This document shows, one piece after another, positions 38,949 through 51,109 of a DNA stretch of 64,000 nt. The first letter of the stretch is position 1; every line of letters begins with the position of its first letter. The stretch is from Octopus sinensis (taxonomy: Eukaryota). The position numbers and the translations under genes are program-made. Below the pieces are notes generated by a model. That model worked only from the letters and a program-made list of their open reading frames with translations. It was not told where the DNA came from and ran no database searches. The stretch covers positions 30,504,001 through 30,568,000 of the forward strand of contig NC_043014.1 in assembly GCF_006345805.1 (NCBI RefSeq), in the 5' to 3' direction.

Positions 38949-40767
38949 GGGACCAAGATGACAAAAGGACTGAGATATCTGATGCCTTGCTGTACTCAAG
39001 AAGACCTGTCTGCTACAGCAGAATTGATGCCAGTGCTGGTGCCACATAAAAAGCACCAAGTACACTCTAAAGTGTGATTGGCACTAGGAAGGGCATCCAG
39101 CCATAGAAACCATGCCAGAATGGACAATGGAGTCTGGTGCAGCCCCTGGCCTTATTAGCTCCTATCAAACCATCCAACCGATGCCAGCATGGAAAACAAA
39201 CATTAAATTATGATGATGATGATATGCAATAGGTTTTCTTCAGTTTCTGTCTACCAAATTCACTCACAAGTCTCTGATCAGTCTGGGGCTATAGTGGAAG
39301 ACACTTGTCCAAAGTGCTACGCAGGTGGACCGAATCCAAAACTGAATGATTAGGAAATAAACTTAACAATGATTATGAAGATGATGATGGTGACAATGAT
39401 AATAATATTGATGATGCTGAAGATAATAATAATGCTGGACACTGCAAACAAGAGTCAACAAGAGACAGAGTAAGCAAGAGTCAGCTGACAGTGTTTGGCT
39501 GTGGACATACCTCAGCATCAGTGAGAGGACATGAGCCATCAACTTTTCTGATAGCAGTCTGATTCCCTTTCAACTTAGCCCAGAATGGCATACTGTATAC
39601 ACAGAGGAAGTAAGCAGAAGTAAGATGAGAAGGGGGTGGAAGAAATGATAAAGAAAAATTAAAAGTTGTGTCAATTATGCTTTCTAACTGGGTATCAATA
39701 CTGAGTTGTGTCTAGTTCATAGACAATTTCTCACCATTGTCTTTTACTGGTTTCAATCATTGGACTGCAACCAATGCTGAGGCAATACCATAAAAGGTTT
39801 TTGTTGAATGTATCAACCCCAGTACTTATTTTTTTTAAGCCTGGTACTTATTCTATCAGTCTCTTTTGCTAACCAAACCAACACCAGTTGTCAAGCAAGT
39901 GTGAGGGACAAACAGAAACACACACACACAGATATGTGACAGGCTTCTTTCAATTTCCATCTACCAAATCCCCTCACAAAGGAGTGGGACTGAACCCAGA
40001 ACCATGTGGTTGGGAAGCAAACTTCTTACCACCTGCACCTTAAAAGAAATGTATCAAAAAGATAAAGAGAAAAATAATGATACGAAGGAAGATAATGAGT
40101 GTTCACTCTTCCCATCACCATTACATTTCTAATGACCTCTAACTGGACACAATCGTTCTGAACTGGACCAGAAGATATATGAATGATGATATATAAACAG
40201 GCAAATTGTCAAGGACTTTGTAAAAAAGAGATTATCTGAGATCAAATCCAGTTATTGATTATAGAAGTATAACAAAACAACAATATTTTGTCCATCCACA
40301 CACACACACAAAATATGTAACAACAACAAAACAGAAAGAAAAAGAGAGAGGGAGAGAACGAAAATATGATCCAATCAGATGAAAGAGAGTGATGTTTTGA
40401 AATGGCAAAGTTATATGAATATATGAAAGGAGCAGACTAAGAAAGATGATCTAAACTTGAAATAGGATAAAACCCCACAGATCACAATACAGGTTATTTA
40501 TCATCCCTGCCTACCACTAAAACGACCATAAATATCACCAATCCAACTACTACCACCACTTCTATCATCATCAACCCCAACATTATAGTTACCAATGACA
40601 ATATACACACACATGGACAGACAGATACATTAATTACATGATTCATTAGAACAAAAGTACATCAACCCATAGGATGCCAGGACACCATAACACTGAGTTC
40701 ACAGTATGGTAAAACAACCATAAAATGTCATTTGTCGGTAATTGTACAACAGGTATGTACACACACA

Positions 40768-40804
<37 letters not shown>

Positions 40805-41257
40805 GTACCAATACTTATTCATGGTATTAGTTGTTAAATAGGTCACCTCCTAGGTGGTACTTTGCCTGTTTATACATGCTTAAAATTTTACTTCAGGATG
40901 GTGAGTTTATGCTATGATGTAATCTTTCAATGCATCAATAAAATGCTACCGAAACAGCTGTGGTAAATTTTAAACCCCATTCATGCTCTTCTTTTATTTA
41001 TATATATGTGTGTGTGTGTGGAGGCACGTGGCTTAGTGGTTAGGGTATCAGCATTATGATCGTAAAATTGTGGTTTTGATTCCTGGACAGGGCAATGCGT
41101 TGTGTTCTTGAGCAAAACACTTCATTTCACATTGCTTCAGTTCACTCAGCTGGTAAAAATGAGCGGCCCGTCCAGCTGGGGAACACATACGCCATTGAAA
41201 CTGGGAAACCAGGCCCATGAGCCTGGCTAGGCTTTAAAAGGGCGAAAAAGATAAAAA

Positions 41258-41294
<37 letters not shown>

Positions 41295-41296
<2 letters not shown>

Positions 41297-41688
41297 CGCA
41301 GGAGTGGCTGTGTGGTAAGTAGCTTGCTAACCAACCACATGGTTCCGGGTTCAGTCCCACTGTGTGGCACTTTGGGCTAGTGTCCTCTGCTATAGCCCCG
41401 GGCCGACCAATGCCTTGTGAGTGGATTTGGTAGACGGAAACTGAAAGAAGCCTGTCGTATATATGTATATATATATATATGTTTGCATGTGTGTTTGTGT
41501 TTGTCCCCCTAGCATTGCTTGACAACGAATGCTGGTGTGTTTACGTCCCCGTCACTTAGCGGTTCGGCAAAAAGAGACCGATAGAATAAGTACTGGGCTT
41601 ACAAAGAATAAATCCCGGGGTCGATTTGCTCGACTAAAGGCGGTGCTCCAGCATGGCCGCAGTCAAATGACTGAAACAAGTAAAAGAT
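41295..41688 (+). mobile_element. SINE family A (tRNA head plus CORE-like domain, internal microsatellite, (taaaaga)n tail), young copy
   Basis: tggctgtgtggtaag A-box-like and ggttcagtccc B-box-like motifs; ggcactttgggctagtgtc CORE-like block; many paralogs in the window. Confidence 0.9.
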
Positions 41689-44561
41689 AAAAAAAAAGAA
41701 AGATATATATATATCCGTGAGGCTCCAGTGGGGTGGGGGGTGAACGCCGCTGTACTCTTTCACCACAACTTTCTCTCACTCTTTCTTCATATTTCTGCCA
41801 CAAAGCAGAGGAACCATGGTGTAACCCGTTATGGAGTGGTAAACTTTCAGACCCTAGTCTAGATTGCGAATCCTCTGTACCCCAGGATTGTTCAGCTCTC
41901 CACCCGTTAAAAGCCACTGTATACGGAATGAGCATAACAAAGTAGCTTTCGCACCCGTGCAACCGCCAGTCTATCGCGTGTGGTGGGTGGATCTTCAAGT
42001 TGCCACACACATTCTTAGTAACTTAGAGTAGGTTCGAATTAGAGATTGTTCTTTGTGGCTAATGGCGTGAGTCCTGATTGGAAGAAGAAGAAGAAGAAAA
42101 CAACAGCAAACTGTCAGCTTATAAGTTGAGGAACAAATATAAAATGACCAGAAACCATTACCTTCTATAGAGTATAAAAAATTTTCTAAAATGGCTGATA
42201 TGACTGAAAGTTTAGTAAAGCAATGAAATATTTCCACAATATAGGAGCAGTGTTCCACCAATTAGCACAAAACATCCATTAAATAGAACCAAGCTCAGTT
42301 CAGGTTTTTTACAGCAACAGACTACAAACCCTAGTAACACAGTTAACATTATTCTCTTCAGAAATTAAATAGAGTGTACAAACAAGTTTTCAAAAGTTAA
42401 ACAGTCACAACAACAGCAAACAATTTTGAACACACCTCTACAAGTATGCCCCAACACCACCACCACCATCACTGACTTCATATGATGAGATTCAGTATGT
42501 ATATGTCCATCAACTTTCTTTTTAACATTAAATTCTGATATAATCATTACATTTATGTATTTGACAGGACAAAATGAAATAGGCAGGACAAGAGCAGACA
42601 CAAGGGACAGAGATTCAATGAAGAGGTCACAGAATGAGTGACAAAAGAACTTAGACAAATAAACTAAAAGAAAATTAATACTAATAAAACTAAAGTGAAG
42701 ATCAAACATATAGTGTGTGTATTTAATTGGCAAAAGATGATTATCCCCAAGTATAACAATATATAAATTGTAATCTACACCATTTGAAAGGTATTTGTAG
42801 AAAAATTCATTAAAAATATTTCTATTTTCCTGAAAGTTATAAGGAAACAAATTTGAAGAGGGTGGGGCACACTTGTCCAGGTATGTCCAATTTTGTTTAT
42901 GGGAGGTAAAAGAATAGAGCCAAACAATGTCAAAGAAAGAATCTGGTAATGATGAGCTTGGTCACTTTATTATTAACCCTTTAGCCAAATCTGGCCAAAA
43001 TAATCAACATGTTTTATCTTCAAACTGGCCAGCTCTGGCCTCTCACACTTACTCTATAATATTATTTTTAAAATAAACAATCTCATCATTGAAATCTCAA
43101 AGCTACAAGGTAATGCATGACTAATTCAAATCAATGTGAACAAATAAGCATTACAGCCAACAGAGAAATCTGAGTTAAAAGAAAAAGGAGAAAGAAAAAT
43201 GCAGAGCCAACTTAATCCATGCCAATAAGTTAATGGTATGGATTAAGATAAATCAAGTAGGCGTTGGTGCACTGAATGATTGTCGCTTTTATCTTTTACT
43301 TGTTTCTGTCATTGGATTGTAGCCATGTTGGAGCACTGCCTTGAAGGGTTTTGGCTAAATGAATCACCCCAGTTCTTATTTTTTTTAAGTATAGTAATTA
43401 TTCTAAGGGTCTCATGTTGAACTGCTAAGTTACAAAAACATAAACAAACCAACACCAGTTCTCAAGTGGTAGTGGGAGACAGGCACAAACACACACATGC
43501 CGAGCTTGCCAATGCTGGTGCAATGTAAAAAGCACCCAGACCATTCTGTAAAGTAGTTGGAGTTAGGAAGAGCATCCAGCTGCAAAAACCATGCCAAAAC
43601 AGACAGAGAAGCCCTTTGCAGTCTTTTGACTTGTCAGCTCCTGTCAAATCATCCGCTCATGTCAGCATGGTAAACAGATATTAGATGATGACGATGATGA
43701 TATAGATACATATACATACATGTATACACATAGAACAGTTTAAAAACTGCTTTTAAGCAAGAAACCCAATCCCAGACTAGAGACCCTCTTTTTTTACTGT
43801 GAAATAACCTTTGATCATTAGAAGAAAAATCAAGTCATGATACAGTGCAATTTGTAAACATCTAATTATTAAAGTGAAAAAATTATCAAAAAAGATACTC
43901 CTATTAATTTTTTTTCTTCAAACACATACACACACATGCATATATACACACACATAACGGGCTCCTTTCAGTTTCTGTCTACCAAATCCATTCACAATGT
44001 TTGGGTCAGCCCAGGACTATATTAGATGACACTTGCCAAAAGTGCCTGGAACAATATTGTTGGGTGAAATATTTTTGAAGGTTGAAGAAAGGAAACAAAA
44101 ATGTAACAGTAGGAACAAGATTGCAATTCATTAAAAATCCTTTACAACTGACATTCAGTAAAACAGTTGCTTTGATTTGCTCAATTTAGACCTAGTTTCT
44201 TTTATTATTTTCATATCAGACTGATTTAATCAGTCATTAATATTTGTTCCACTTCACATGTTTGTATCCATTCACTTCCATCAAATACAAACCATATATA
44301 TGTTCTAAGTTTAAACAAATACAACCCATGGTCTAATTTGTTCTCAGTAGTCTAACATGTTATTGACAGCCAAATCAACAACAGCCCCAAGATCTAACTT
44401 CTATCAAAAGTTCTATTTCCCAGAGCCCCTTGGTCTAACAAGTCCACACTACCATACAGCTATTAGTTAGAAGATTAAAGATTAAAAAGCAGCCAATTAA
44501 CTTCAAGTACTTTTCTTAAATAATATTTTTGTTTGTTTTTTTACTACTATCTAATTTGTAG

Positions 44562-44609
44562 GTTAATTACCCTATGGAAATATTTAATATGCTTTTCAAG
44601 TACCTACAA
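44562..44609 (+). CDS. Candidate internal exon (VNYPMEIFNMLFKYLQ)
   Basis: T-rich tract with ctaat branch-like motif then ttgtAG|, 48 nt, donor caa|GTAAAT; phase 0 to 0, joins 36989 and 45041 in frame. Confidence 0.65.
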
Positions 44610-44734
44610 GTAAATAAATCAATCTTCTTTTCATAAAGTATCAATATAATTATGCTATTACAACAAACATACACTTGCTTCAAACGTTCTTTATTAAAAG
44701 ATGATGCTGGTGTTGCAGTTACCACTAGACGATG

Positions 44735-44742
<8 letters not shown>

Positions 44743-44769
<27 letters not shown>

Positions 44770-45000
44770 TAATTTGTTTATTGGCCACAAGGGCTAACAA
44801 AAATCAAATAAAACATGTAAGGACAGAATACAGGACGAAAGTTACAAAAAGGGTTTTGTCTGTTTGTAAAGTCCGTGTAAAAATGCAAGATAACAACGCA
44901 AACATAACAAGTAAAAACTCCCAATAGGGGGATGCGCTTCGAAAGGTTACTCATGGAAAAACCCATAAAAGCCACGGGAGCCTGGTCAAAAGTGGGGTAG
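44743..45000 (-). mobile_element. Non-LTR retroelement 3' end
   Basis: AATAAA followed by a (TTA)n tail on the - strand; CpGs retained. Confidence 0.5.
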
Positions 45001-45040
45001 AGAGCCCCTTTCTCCTTTTATATTACCTTTTTGTTTACAG

Positions 45041-45181
45041 GTGTATCCTCAGAATTGGTCCGTTCATACTGGCCATTCTTCTGACATTCACCCATCTTTC
45101 AATAAATTTGCTACAAGACAGGACTTCCCTCTCTACTCTCATCTTCCTTTACAAGTGGAACTTGAATCCTTTCTACAATAA
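45041..45181 (+). CDS. Candidate terminal coding exon (VYPQNWSVHTGHSSDIHPSFNKFATRQDFPLYSHLPLQVELESFLQ*)
   Basis: ccttttttgtttacAG| acceptor, phase 0, 46 open codons to TAA. Confidence 0.6.
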   Translation: MYPQNWSVHTGHSSDIHPSFNKFATRQDFPLYSHLPLQVELESFLQ

Positions 45182-45539
45182 ACACATGGCTTGAAATTTT
45201 GGGTGATGGGGTTAGTTGATTACATCAACCCCACTGCTCAACATGTACTTATCTGTCACCCCCGAAAGGATGAAAGGTGAAGTCAACCCCAGTGGTATTT
45301 GAACTTAGAATGTAAAACTGGACGAAATGCTGCAGGGCATTTTGTCTAGCATGCTAATGACCCTGCCATCTTGCTGCTCTTAACAATAATAGTAATAATG
45401 GTTTCAAATTTTGGCACAAGGCCAGCAATTTCAGGGCGGGGGTTAAGACGATTACATTGATTCCAGTGCTCAACTGGTACACATTTTACCAACCCCAAAA
45501 GGATAAAAAGTAAAGTCAACCTTAGCAGAATTTGAGCTC

Positions 45540-45586
<47 letters not shown>

Positions 45587-46094
45587 CCTTTCTACTAAAG
45601 GTACAAGGCCTGAAATTTTGGGGGAGGGGACAAGTCAATTACATCGATCCCAGTGTTTTACTGGTACTTGATTTATCGACCCTGAAAGGATGAAAGGCAA
45701 AGTCAGCCTTGGCAGAATTTGAACTCAGAACATAACAACGAACAAAATACCGCTAAACATTTTGTCCAGTATGCTAATGATTCTGCCAGCTCGCTGTCTT
45801 CAATAATAATAATAATAATACGAGTTTGAGCACAGGCATGACTGCATGGGTAAGAGAGTATATTGGGGTGTTAGCTAAGTGTGTGGTTTCGAAATAACAG
45901 GAAAGTCATATGAACACAAACCTTAGGCTGTAATGGAGAATAAGAATTATAGGCGTGAAGGAAGGTATCTCATGCAACTAGAAATGTACTCCAGCATGAT
46001 TGTCTCTGTTTTTCCAATAAGGAAGCCTCTATGTGATCATTCATCTTGCTAGAAATAGCCACTAAATCTCCCTTAAATCTGCCACTTATAAAAT

Positions 46095-46240
46095 CTATTT
46101 TCTCCTTTAACTTTCCAGTGATCTCACAGCACCTTTTGTATGTCCATAGCTTGCACTGGGTACACTATATAGAATTTCTACCAGCACCTTTTCTACATAT
46201 CAAACAGGGCCATTTTCCTGAAGGGATTTAGAGTCCTGTC
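46095..46240 (-). mobile_element. RTE-type LINE cysteine-rich fragment
   Basis: KWPCLICRKGAGRNSI*CTQCKLWTYKRC on the - strand. Confidence 0.7.
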
Positions 46241-46610
46241 TGTTTTCTTGCTTACAAAACTTTGATTTTTGGTAAGTTAACTTTAAGGCCCACTAATTCC
46301 CGTTTTTGCTGCCACACCTGCAATTTCTTTTTCAGTTCTACTACAAATTTCACTATAAGAATGAGCAAACTTCAAATAACAAGTGAGATGTAACTGTTAC
46401 ATTTTGAAGAGTGAAAACAAAATTTTCCAAAACGATTGACTGAAGATTTAGCAAAGTAATGACATATTTCCATTGAACTGGAGCAATGTTTCATCAGTTA
46501 GCACAAAGCATCCATAAGATAGAACCAAGCCCAGTTCCTGCTTTTACACCAGCAGATTGCAAGCCCTAGAACACTCTTAACACTGTCCTTTTCAGAAGTA
46601 ATATACAATA

Positions 46611-46998
46611 GGCATAGGAGTGGCTGTGTGGTAAGTAGCTTGCTTACCAACCACATGGTTCCAGGTTCAGTCCTACTGCATGGCACCTTGGCCAAGTGTC
46701 TTCTACTATAGCCTCGGGCCAATCAAAGCTTTGTGAGTGGATTTGGTGGACGGAAACTGAAAGAAGCTTGTCGTATATATGTATATGTATATATATGTGA
46801 ATGTGTGTGTTTGTCCCCACAACATCGCTTCACAACCGATGCTGGTGTGTTTACGCCCCCATAAATTGGCGGTTCAGCAAAAGAGACTGATAAAATAAGT
46901 ACTAGGCTTACAAAGAATAAGTCCTGGGGTCGATTTGCTTGACTAAAAGCGGTGCTCCAGCATGGCCACAGTCAAATGACTGAAACAAGTAAAAGAGT
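46611..46998 (+). mobile_element. SINE family A
   Basis: Full-length match to the family consensus. Confidence 0.9.
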
Positions 46999-49833
46999 AA
47001 TATGTAAAAAGGTTTTCAAGGGCAAATTAAATTATGAAACACAGACATGCATGCATGTACAGTATTCATGGACATCCATATACTTGCATGCACATACACA
47101 TATAGACTGTCATGTGTATGTACACGCACCAACATACCAATCTGAGATCCATGGAAGTGAAATTCAGCCAAATGGCCTATAAAACAGATGTGAAAGAAAC
47201 ATTATATAAGCCATGATATCTTCAAAAATTGCAATGGCAAGAAAAACTTCCTCTTCTTCTGTATTTAGAATTCTATTCATGTCTAGAATGCCTTACAGAA
47301 ATATAAATCAACTCCAGTTGGGTACTTGACTGGGACTTTATTTTACTGGTCCTAGCAGGATGAAGGGTAATGTTGGGAATAGTAGGATTTGAACTCAGAA
47401 TGGAAATAAAGAGTTATTACTAAATACTGCAAGGCATTTTGTCTGATACATTGTCCTGCTGGAGGAGAAGGGATGTGAGGAATATTTAAGACAAAACGAA
47501 ACAAGCCAACAAACAATAAACAAACAACAATAATATATTGGTAATTAAATTCTAAATATAGTAAGATTAAAATTGATAATTAAGTAATGATTTTGGTAGT
47601 GGGTAATAATATTGAACTGCTAGAGGTCCCAGACAGCTCTTTTAATTACTTATCTCTACCACTCCACACACTTCAGATTTTGCAATTAAAGTGACAAAAG
47701 TTCAATGAACCTTTCTTGGTATCTCGAGATATAGAAATAATAATGGTTTCTAACAGAGACACAAGGCCATACACTTTGTTGGAAAGTTTAGTTGATTAAA
47801 TCAAACCCCAGTATACTTGACTGATACTTTATTTTATGAGCCCAGGAAAGATGGAAAACAAAGCAAACTTCAACAGGATTTGAACTCAGAATGTAAAGAG
47901 CTAGAATAAATAACACAAGGCAGTTTATCTGATACTCTAACAATTGCAGATCTACTGCCCTCAACACAATAATAATAATAATAATAACAACAATGATAAT
48001 CCTTTCTACTAAAGGCACAAGGCCTGAAATTTGTGAGGAGGGGACCAGTCAATTACATCAACACAAGTGTTTCACTGGTACTTAATTTATTGACTCCGAA
48101 AAGATGAAAGATAAAGTCAACCCTGGCAGAATTTGAACTTAGAAAAAAGAGAGGGGTGGGGAGGAAGAGAGAGAGAGAAAGAGAGAGTTATGCTTTGCAT
48201 TATATTCATTGGAACAGTGTCCTATCATATATAAATTTAGGATCCATAAAAGTAATAGGAAAATAATGAGAATAAAAAAGATTTTGGGATAATGGGCCTT
48301 AGTGGACATAAATGACCTAAGAATGAAGGAAAGGGGTGCTTATATAAATGTATCATGTGTTTTTAATTTAGTCCTTATTGTATGTTACTGATTTATTCCA
48401 CATATACATAAGTATAAATAGTAAGTTCCCAATGCAATATATTCAAACAATGTCCAGTTCAATTATTGTCACTCTAAGAATGTTTAACAATGCATTTCTG
48501 TACATACCCATACACATATATATATATTTTTTTTTCTTCACCCTTTTCAAGCCTAACCAGGCTCATGGGCCCGGTTTCCTGGTTTCTGTGGCATGTGTGT
48601 TCCCCCCAGCTGGACGGGATGCCAGTCCATAGCAGTGTTACTCAAGAAACAGGAAGAGAGAGTAAGAGAAAGTTGGGGCGAAAAAGTACAAAATCTAAAA
48701 AGGTTAACATAAACCATTGAGCGGAGCCCCTAAGTAGTCACTCAACTGATTAGAAATAGCAACCAAATCCCCTTCAAATTTCATTCTTATTGTCTTGAAA
48801 AAGGAAGGGTATATTCAATAATGTAGTTCTAAATACACTGTCTTTGATCATAGGTTTACTCAAATAAGGTTGATCTGGGTCTAACGAATAACATCAACAA
48901 CAACAAAAAGTAAAGAGATCTAATTTTGACCAATACAGAAAATGAAGAACTACATAACTTCTCCATTATTTATTTGCATGGAATCTAGAAGACAGGCTGC
49001 TAGGTTACTTGTGCATTTTCTTCTGTAAAAAAAATTCAATAGCTGGAGAAACTAAGCCAACTTAAGAAATAATGACCAACAGAAAACTTTTAAATATGCA
49101 CTGGAAGATGGGACATATTCCTGTAGGACTCCATTGTCTATTGTTATGTTTTGTTCTTTTTGTGGTACTGGAGTCTTACATCTATATATTATGTTCATTT
49201 AATCAAAAGGCTATTATTATCTTTGCTATCCTTGTAATAATTATTATTGTTATTATTATTTCTATTAAAAAGAAAGTAACTGCATCAATTTATACCGATT
49301 ATATTCATATGCTGGGTTTATGCAAGTAACAGTACACTCATACAAATACACAGACACATACACAAACCCACACACACATACAGTACAGACACACAAGATG
49401 CTACATCAATATCTTGTGAACATGAACAAAAATGTATTAGCAGAGATCAAATAACCATAATGACTACTTCAGATAACAGCTTTTAAAGCTCGTCTGAGTC
49501 TTTCATTCGATAAATGGAGAGGAAGCTAAAAAGAATTGTTCCTTTTTTCATAAAGAAAAACTTTATAATTAAAAAAAAAGCTAACAAAATATAGAAATGA
49601 AAATTATCATTGAACAATGGAAGCCAGAAGACAGAACATTGATGCTGGGATCCTGTATGTATTACACATTATTCATGTTTGGACTTGTAAAGCCAGAACT
49701 AGAATCAACAAGAACTAGAAGACAATAGTGTGCATGCTTATGAGTAGAGCAAGCACAGAGGTTAGTTTAATGCAGGCGATAGGCATCTAGTAAAGTGCAC
49801 CCAAGTTCAATCCCCGGTTATTTGCTCTCTTAA

Positions 49834-50053
49834 CCCTTTTATTACTGTATTTATATTAAGATGCTCTGTGTTTCTTTCAATTACTTTAAATATAACAAAG
49901 AATTTAGTAAAATAACTTACTTATCATTAAGCTAGTGTTAGGAACATAAATTGTGACTAAGGATTGGTGGAAGATTTTAATTCAAAATTTATGAAAACAA
50001 GACATTTGTACTCAGAACCAGGGCCAGTTTCAGCCGGATTGGTAATGAAAGGG
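49834..50053. mobile_element. piggyBac-type MITE family 2 (other copies at 16937-17157 and 4610-4824)
   Basis: TTAA|CCCTTTTATTAC ... GTAATGAAAGGG|TTAA. Confidence 0.85.
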
Positions 50054-51109
50054 TTAATGCCCTTTGGAATGGTATAAAAATTTCAGTCTTTTCTCTTCCT
50101 ACCCTCTGAAGGGGCTTAGGGTTGGAACTGCAACACTTTAGTATAAAGTGGTGTTTCCCAACCTATTTTCCCCCAGGCTCCACTATAACTTTCCAGAAAA
50201 ATGTATACTCTATCGATGGTTGGAAAAGTATAACTTTATTTTTAATATTCTATCACAATTATTTAATAGAAAAGAATCTACTAGAAACTGTTTTATTAAG
50301 TACTGACTAAGGAAAAAAAAAAGTGAATCACTTTAGCCCTTAGCATTTAAACCATCAATATCTGACCTAAATATTCTAACAGTTTTATGTTCAAACCAGT
50401 CAGATCCTGCCTATCAAATAGATCCTACAATGTAATTCTAAAACTAAAAAAATCACATCTTCAAAATCTTGAAGATATGAAATAATACATAATTAATTCA
50501 AAACTCTGTGAATAAATAAACATAACATTTGACTGGGTAATCTGAATGCTAAAGGGTTAATGGGAATCTTGTACCTGGTGACTACAGCAGATTTCTTTGA
50601 TGTCAGGATTAGGCCCCGAAACTGGTTTTATAAAACCGGTTAAAACTGAAACGTAAATCAGTAAAACCGAAACGGATTTTCCAAAACCCATTTTAATGCT
50701 TGCTGTTTCTTTTTTTTTTTTTTCGCAAAACATTTCTCCATTTTTATCTTTTGAAGAAATATCGTTGAAACTGAACTAACTAAACTGTTGTCGGCCGCCT
50801 TTAGTTGAGAGTGCTGTCTGTTTCATTGAAACATATCGCAACATATCAATTCTCACCTTCTCTCCCCTTGGACCTTAGATCAGCACCTTCTCATTTCCTT
50901 CGCTAACCCCTGGCTGACTCTTTGAATTTGGAGGTAACAGAGTTTATTCGTAGCAAGTCAAGGGGATGCTGTTAGTCTTCAGTCAGGTGATCTCTCCCGT
51001 TGAGCACATGTAATAACCAGTTCCAGATTCATTTCAAGGAAGTAACACTAACTAATTTTTTTCTTAATTATTTTCATTAGCCTGAGCATGATAAAAAGAA
51101 AATAGACTG

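Noticed and set aside
42365-42850. 161-aa ORF on the - strand
   Set aside because: AT-rich with no recognisable motif; compatible with a chance ORF
46109-46230. Strong + strand acceptor followed by an open frame
   Set aside because: Explained as the antisense strand of an RTE cysteine-rich fragment
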